DNA from: a virus
Length of the DNA stretch: 64,000 nt
Virus record (IMG/VR): IMGVR_UViG_3300032249_000861
Span: 46,026 to 110,025 of that record
Reading direction: 5' to 3' (one strand)
How positions within the stretch are numbered: the stretch's first letter is position 1; every line of letters starts with the position of its first letter. The notes under the pieces were generated by a model. That model saw only the letters and a program-made list of their open reading frames with translations, was not told the DNA's origin and searched no databases. A program made the position numbers and the translations under genes. Below are positions 59,879 through 64,000 of this stretch, piece by piece.

Positions 59879-60880
59879 TTATAGATATTTATTAATGTGG
59901 TGTGTTTTGAATAAAGAACTTGTATTATATATTTGTTTTGAATCTAAATATTTTTTAATGCTTGTATTAATGGTTTGAGAAGAAATTTTTAAAGACCCAA
60001 TTTGATTAATTTTGTTATGTCCATCAGTTAAACTAAAAATATAATCTGGATCAATTTTAATAACGCTTTTCTTTAAACTATTGGCTATTTTAAGATTAAT
60101 GCTATTCGATCCATAATCAACTGCATCAATAAATATATCACCAGATTTATGGGCAGCATAGATATTATTTAGATCTGATGTTATTGGAGCAATTATAACT
60201 CTATTTATAGAATGACCAAGATCCATGCTGGTATAAGCTTCCTTAATAAATCTTTCCAACTCAGCTTTTTCAGATGGAGATATATCAAGAGTAAACAAAA
60301 CCAATACTGTGTCTTTCGATTTTACGTTTCCGATAAAAGAGATGATAATATCATATATGACTCTGGTGTTATTTTTACAGCTGCATATCATGTATAGTTT
60401 TTCACTATTATTAAGTAGACCTATACTGAAGCCTAATTTATGAGACGGATCAATATCAAAAACATAATCAATATGCTTAACTAATTTTTGTAAGGAGGGA
60501 TATGCTTGAGAAATTCTAATAGAATCTGATTTATTATCTACTAATATTCCATCAAATCTTGATATCTTATCTATATTATTTTTTGGTATTAAATTAGTAT
60601 TCACAATGGGAATAAGTATATTTCTGCCTATTGAATCTATAATATTTGCTTGATCTAGAGGAACATGCTGAATAACAGTATCGATTTTTGATAATCTTGC
60701 ATTTTCTCTTTCGCATAGTGATTTGTCTATATCTTTTATAGCACATTTACTATCTAGGAATATGGGTCTAAGTGCCAAATTATTTGCTTGATTACTAAGG
60801 ATGTTTTGTGCTAGGGCTGTTGACCATAAGCCATCAATATCTCTTTGTCGGTATGGTCCAATATATAGAATATTATTCAT
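59879..60880 (-). CDS. Degenerate GT-B glycosyltransferase-like protein
   Basis: 333 aa. NILYIGPY, DTVIQHVP, AHKSGDIFID...GSNSINLKIA follow a GT4 scaffold with the acidic motif replaced. Confidence 0.55.
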   Translation of the reverse strand: MNNILYIGPYRQRDIDGLWSTALAQNILSNQANNLALRPIFLDSKCAIKDIDKSLCERENARLSKIDTVIQHVPLDQANIIDSIGRNILIPIVNTNLIPKNNIDKISRFDGILVDNKSDSIRISQAYPSLQKLVKHIDYVFDIDPSHKLGFSIGLLNNSEKLYMICSCKNNTRVIYDIIISFIGNVKSKDTVLVLFTLDISPSEKAELERFIKEAYTSMDLGHSINRVIIAPITSDLNNIYAAHKSGDIFIDAVDYGSNSINLKIANSLKKSVIKIDPDYIFSLTDGHNKINQIGSLKISSQTINTSIKKYLDSKQIYNTSSLFKTHHINKYL

Positions 60881-60884
60881 TTTA

Positions 60885-62552
60885 TTAAGTTGTGCTTTTC
60901 AAGTGGGCATATGTAATAAAGTCTTCATCGAATTTAGTATTATTGTTCTTAACATTTTCTGCTTGATTATTATTATTAATCATCGTATTGATATAATCAA
61001 GAGTGTTAGTAAAATCAAAAGGAGCCATTGAGGTAGCACTAGATTGTACAAATCCGTAATCTGCATTCTTTAATAGTTCCAGCATCCTGTGAGATCCTAT
61101 TAGTTCTGTGTCTTGGAAATTATTGTTACATATTCCAATCAGTCTATCAAAATGTGTCTGTGGATCAATGTCTGAGTCTTTTGCTACTGGTGTTTCATAA
61201 TTGCCGGTATTCCATTTTGATCGATATCCTTTTGAGTCTAATTCATCAAAATATTTTTCCCATTTCTTGGCAATAATATCCCAATTATACTGTTGGTGTG
61301 CTAGATCTTGAATTTCGTATCTTAGTTTTTCTCTGGTGGGTGTTGGTCTATTTATAAAATCTATAATATAGTTAGCTAAATCCTCATTATCTGGATAAAC
61401 TCGTAAAGCTTTGGTTTCTAGTTCTTTAAAGAGCGTTTGAATCTTGATAGGATAGGCTTTTAGTTTTTTAACAATATCACACATAGCACTATAGTCTACT
61501 GTTGCTATTGGAACCCCACAAGCACCAGCTTCTACTTGAGGCATACCAAATCCTTCACAGATAGAATATTGAACATAAAGATCAAATATATTATATATGC
61601 TACTTAAAGTATCAGAAGACACGCCTTCTGTTACGGATGGAAATGTCATGGTTTTGCTCATACATTTTTCACAGACCTTTTGTGGTCCAGTAAATACAGA
61701 GCACTGGGTCGTCTTACAATTTTTACAGATATAGGTGAATAGAACCTTGTTGCTGACTCTTGACTGTCTTAGCAGTTCGGGAATATCCCATCCCATATCT
61801 GGATAACTAGTATGAAGATATAGATATAAATTTCCCCCTAAAGAACTGTTAGAAGCTTCTAGTCTGTCTAGAACTTTTCTGAAAGTGGTAAACAGTTCTG
61901 GTATTAGTTTGCGTTTTTGGTTACGCATAACTGATCCTACTACGATAGAGTCTGGAGGTAGTCCAAGTTGTTTTTTAATGTCTGTTCTGTTTTTTATCTT
62001 GAAGACATCAATATCCACGCCAGGAGAAACAGTATCTATATAATTAATCTTATTAGACGATTGTGTTTTTAGTACTTCTGCACCCCAATCAGAATATGTG
62101 AATATCGCATCTGCGTCTAAAAACGTATCTATCCATTCTTCTTGTTGTGGTGAAGAATCCACTGTTGGCATTAGTATCCAATGGAAAAATTTCCTTAGAG
62201 GAGAAGATCCTTGATAGGCACTCATCCAATAATCTCGAACATCGATAACAATATCTGGTTTAAAATCTAGTAAGACTTTTTCAAAACGCCAACGACCAAA
62301 CTGATTATCTGTTCTTGATGTATATTCTTTATGCCTATGATCTGTGTCTTTAACAGCATTAGCGTAATATTTCCAGCCTATTGATATGTCTCTTGGATCG
62401 TTAACAAAACCATACGAGGCAAACTCTGCTATTTCATATTTGTTTGTTTTATGTAAACGACTTAGCAGTTCTTTTGCATATATACCGAAACCAGAATGAA
62501 CAAAGCTGGCTTCAGAGCACATCAGTATTTTTAGTTTATTGTTTTTTGTCAT
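60885..62552 (-). CDS. GT4-family (GT-B) glycosyltransferase with Zn-ribbon insertion
   Basis: Likely start ATG 62552 (MTKNNKLKILMCSEAS..SGFG). VSPGVD, RNQKRKLIP, FDLYVQYSICEGFGMPQVEAGACGVP give an intact E-x7-E. CKNC...CEKC insertion. Confidence 0.85.
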   Translation of the reverse strand: MTKNNKLKILMCSEASFVHSGFGIYAKELLSRLHKTNKYEIAEFASYGFVNDPRDISIGWKYYANAVKDTDHRHKEYTSRTDNQFGRWRFEKVLLDFKPDIVIDVRDYWMSAYQGSSPLRKFFHWILMPTVDSSPQQEEWIDTFLDADAIFTYSDWGAEVLKTQSSNKINYIDTVSPGVDIDVFKIKNRTDIKKQLGLPPDSIVVGSVMRNQKRKLIPELFTTFRKVLDRLEASNSSLGGNLYLYLHTSYPDMGWDIPELLRQSRVSNKVLFTYICKNCKTTQCSVFTGPQKVCEKCMSKTMTFPSVTEGVSSDTLSSIYNIFDLYVQYSICEGFGMPQVEAGACGVPIATVDYSAMCDIVKKLKAYPIKIQTLFKELETKALRVYPDNEDLANYIIDFINRPTPTREKLRYEIQDLAHQQYNWDIIAKKWEKYFDELDSKGYRSKWNTGNYETPVAKDSDIDPQTHFDRLIGICNNNFQDTELIGSHRMLELLKNADYGFVQSSATSMAPFDFTNTLDYINTMINNNNQAENVKNNNTKFDEDFITYAHLKSTT

Positions 62553-62589
62553 AAAAATAGACAGGGGCCTGCTCATCACAGACCCCCGC
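62553..62589 (-). terminator. GC-rich hairpin with short U-tract after ssb (intrinsic terminator-like or attenuator)
   Basis: Minus strand GCGGGGGTCTG-TGATGAG-CAGGCCCCTGT-CTATTTTT-ATG: an 11-bp stem with G:U pairs and a 7-nt loop, abutting the GT4 start. Confidence 0.6.
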
Positions 62590-62616
62590 TTATTGTGTCC
62601 TTACATTATAATATGA

Positions 62617-62988
62617 TTAAAATGCTACAGGTTCAGATGAGTCCTGCTTAGTGTTCTTTGTTAAGCGAGTAATCTTAGAAAAGTTATTTACCCTAACCTT
62701 CAGACTGCTATGCTTAACTCCGTCCTTTTCCCAGCTATCATTCCTTAGAGATCCTTCAACCATCACCAAATCACCCTTTTTGAATGATTCAGCAATCATA
62801 TCGGCACCACTATCCCAGGCTTCGCAATTGATGAAAGAAGTGATCTTATCCTTGTCTCCACTAGCCTTCGTATATTCACGAGATACTGCTACTGTGAAAT
62901 TAACGACAGATGTTTGCTTACCGCCAGTATTAACAACCCTTAGTTCTGGATCACGAGCAAGATTACCTCTGAGCAATGTAATATTCAT
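62617..62988 (-). CDS. ssb: Single-stranded DNA-binding protein
   Basis: MNITLLRGNLARDPELR...FTVAVSR...FINCEAW...KKGDLVMVEGSLRNDSWEKDG with a short C-terminal EPVAF tail. SD AAGGAG at 62997-63002. Confidence 0.95.
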   Translation of the reverse strand: MNITLLRGNLARDPELRVVNTGGKQTSVVNFTVAVSREYTKASGDKDKITSFINCEAWDSGADMIAESFKKGDLVMVEGSLRNDSWEKDGVKHSSLKVRVNNFSKITRLTKNTKQDSSEPVAF

Positions 62989-63029
62989 TTATCAAACTCC
63001 TTGTAAAAAAGAAAACACGCAACTACTAC

Positions 63030-63057
63030 ATTATAGCAATGAGCCGTGGGCTGTCAA
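63030..63057 (-). promoter_or_regulatory. Consensus sigma70-type promoter for ssb (TTGACA-N16-TATAAT with extended -10 TG)
   Basis: Minus strand TTGACA GCCCACGGCTCATTGC TATAAT. The -35 box overlaps the dnaE TGA stop. Confidence 0.8.
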
Positions 63058-64000
63058 GTTATAGGCTCAAAACACTTTTCTACGATCAAACCGTCCTTAC
63101 TTTTACTTTTATTTCCTGAAAAAACTAAAATATTTCCAACAAATAAATAGGATCTATATTTTGAAAACTGTTCAGGGAAAAATACTACAGAATCTAATGT
63201 TCCGTATTGATCCTCCATAGTTACAAAAGCCATCTCCAGTCCTGGATTTTTACCGCTCTTAGTTTTTGTGACATTAACATTTCCTATTTCTCCAACCAAA
63301 ACTATATTTTCTTTTAGTAGTGACGTTTTAAAGGTTTTACAATTGCAATTTGTCATGGTAACATCATAAACGTCAAGCTTAGAACATGTGATTCCAACAC
63401 CTAGTAAATCATTTTCTTGATCTGATAACCATTCTATTTTATCGACTAAAGAATACGGAGGATGTTTTAGTGATTTTATATAGTTTGCTATTGTCTCTTT
63501 TCTTCCTCTAATTAGCTTAGTCTCAGCATATAGACTACTTAAAATACCTGTTGTACTACTCTCTAATTGAGTTTTTGAATAAATATTGAATATGGTTTGT
63601 TCTTTTTTGGTCAAGCCAGAACATATCTCGTATTCAAATAGCATCTCTGATCTATTTTTCTTATAGTGGTCAAAAGCCCCACAGCTTATCAAAGCTTTTG
63701 CTGCAACAGAATTAATATTCATAAGAATATTGCCAATCATCTGAGGCCATGTTATATCATTAACCTCTGTGTTTTTAGTTAGCTCTAAGATTTTCTTATA
63801 TACGGACTGTCCAACCCCTTTAATGTCTGTTAATCCAAAGTATATCTTTTGATTCTTTAATATAAAAAGCTCATTTAAATTTCTAAAATCAGGAATATGA
63901 ACTTCTATATCCATTTCCATTGCGTTTCTAGCTAGCTCTTTTATCTCTTGTTGAGGATCTATTTTGTCTTTGGCAAACCGAAGATATGAAGCAAAAAATA
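63054..64000 (-). CDS. dnaE: DNA polymerase III alpha subunit, C-terminal part (continues beyond the window)
   Basis: Frame open to the window end (FFASYLRFAKDK...). IEVHIPD, IYFGLTDIKGVG (HhH), ALISCGAFD, ENDLLG and OB-fold MAFVTMEDQYGTLDSVVFF. Confidence 0.9.
   Translation of the reverse strand, partial: FFASYLRFAKDKIDPQQEIKELARNAMEMDIEVHIPDFRNLNELFILKNQKIYFGLTDIKGVGQSVYKKILELTKNTEVNDITWPQMIGNILMNINSVAAKALISCGAFDHYKKNRSEMLFEYEICSGLTKKEQTIFNIYSKTQLESSTTGILSSLYAETKLIRGRKETIANYIKSLKHPPYSLVDKIEWLSDQENDLLGVGITCSKLDVYDVTMTNCNCKTFKTSLLKENIVLVGEIGNVNVTKTKSGKNPGLEMAFVTMEDQYGTLDSVVFFPEQFSKYRSYLFVGNILVFSGNKSKSKDGLIVEKCFEPIT

Noticed and set aside
62651-63064. 137-aa + strand ORF overlapping ssb
   Set aside because: It is the antisense shadow of ssb and its promoter region.
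1-64000. Stop-codon reassignment, inteins or introns
   Set aside because: Genes are long and tightly packed under the standard code, with TAA, TAG and TGA all used as stops. No intein splice motifs or split genes were recognised.
1-64000. Eukaryotic giant virus or cellular adhesin locus (suggested by EF-hands, DUF285, FN3, GTs)
   Set aside because: SD sequences, a sigma70 promoter, bacterial-type DnaE and SSB, TMP motifs and the absence of evident signal peptides point to a tailed bacteriophage.

Overview
This AT-rich window reads as part of a large tailed dsDNA phage genome, most plausibly a jumbo or large phage of a Planctomycetota-like host (inferred from SHD1, EF-hand and planctomycete-type SUMF1/FGE domains). 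The + strand (1-54852) is one tightly packed virion/tail module. It starts with a 5'-truncated tape-measure-like protein of at least 6313 aa. That protein is punctuated by about 20 short 'x-A/S-x-G-G' motifs and three GTDTVPAMLTPGEFVV boxes, and appears to carry a string of enzyme-like and binding domains: nucleotidyltransferase tail, HAD phosphatase, possible PD-(D/E)xK nuclease, two HExxH zincins, EF-hands, SHD1 and a possible OspF/HopA1-like domain. It is followed by fibre and receptor-binding genes (three circularly permuted FGE/C-type-lectin domains, FN3, DUF285/BspA repeats, Thr/Pro stalks, about 12 copies of an unrecognised Cys-rich 'WP...FC...CxxC' repeat) and three large putative tail-tip/baseplate genes. 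The - strand (54849-64000) carries the 3' part of dnaE, ssb with a near-consensus sigma70 promoter, a translationally coupled glycosylation cluster in which most enzymes seem to have lost catalytic motifs, a NUMOD3/DUF559 endonuclease, a putative ssDNA-annealing protein and a Zn-ribbon protein. No tRNA, rRNA, CRISPR array, integrase or reverse transcriptase was seen. All domain calls come from motif recognition by eye and need HMM or structure confirmation.
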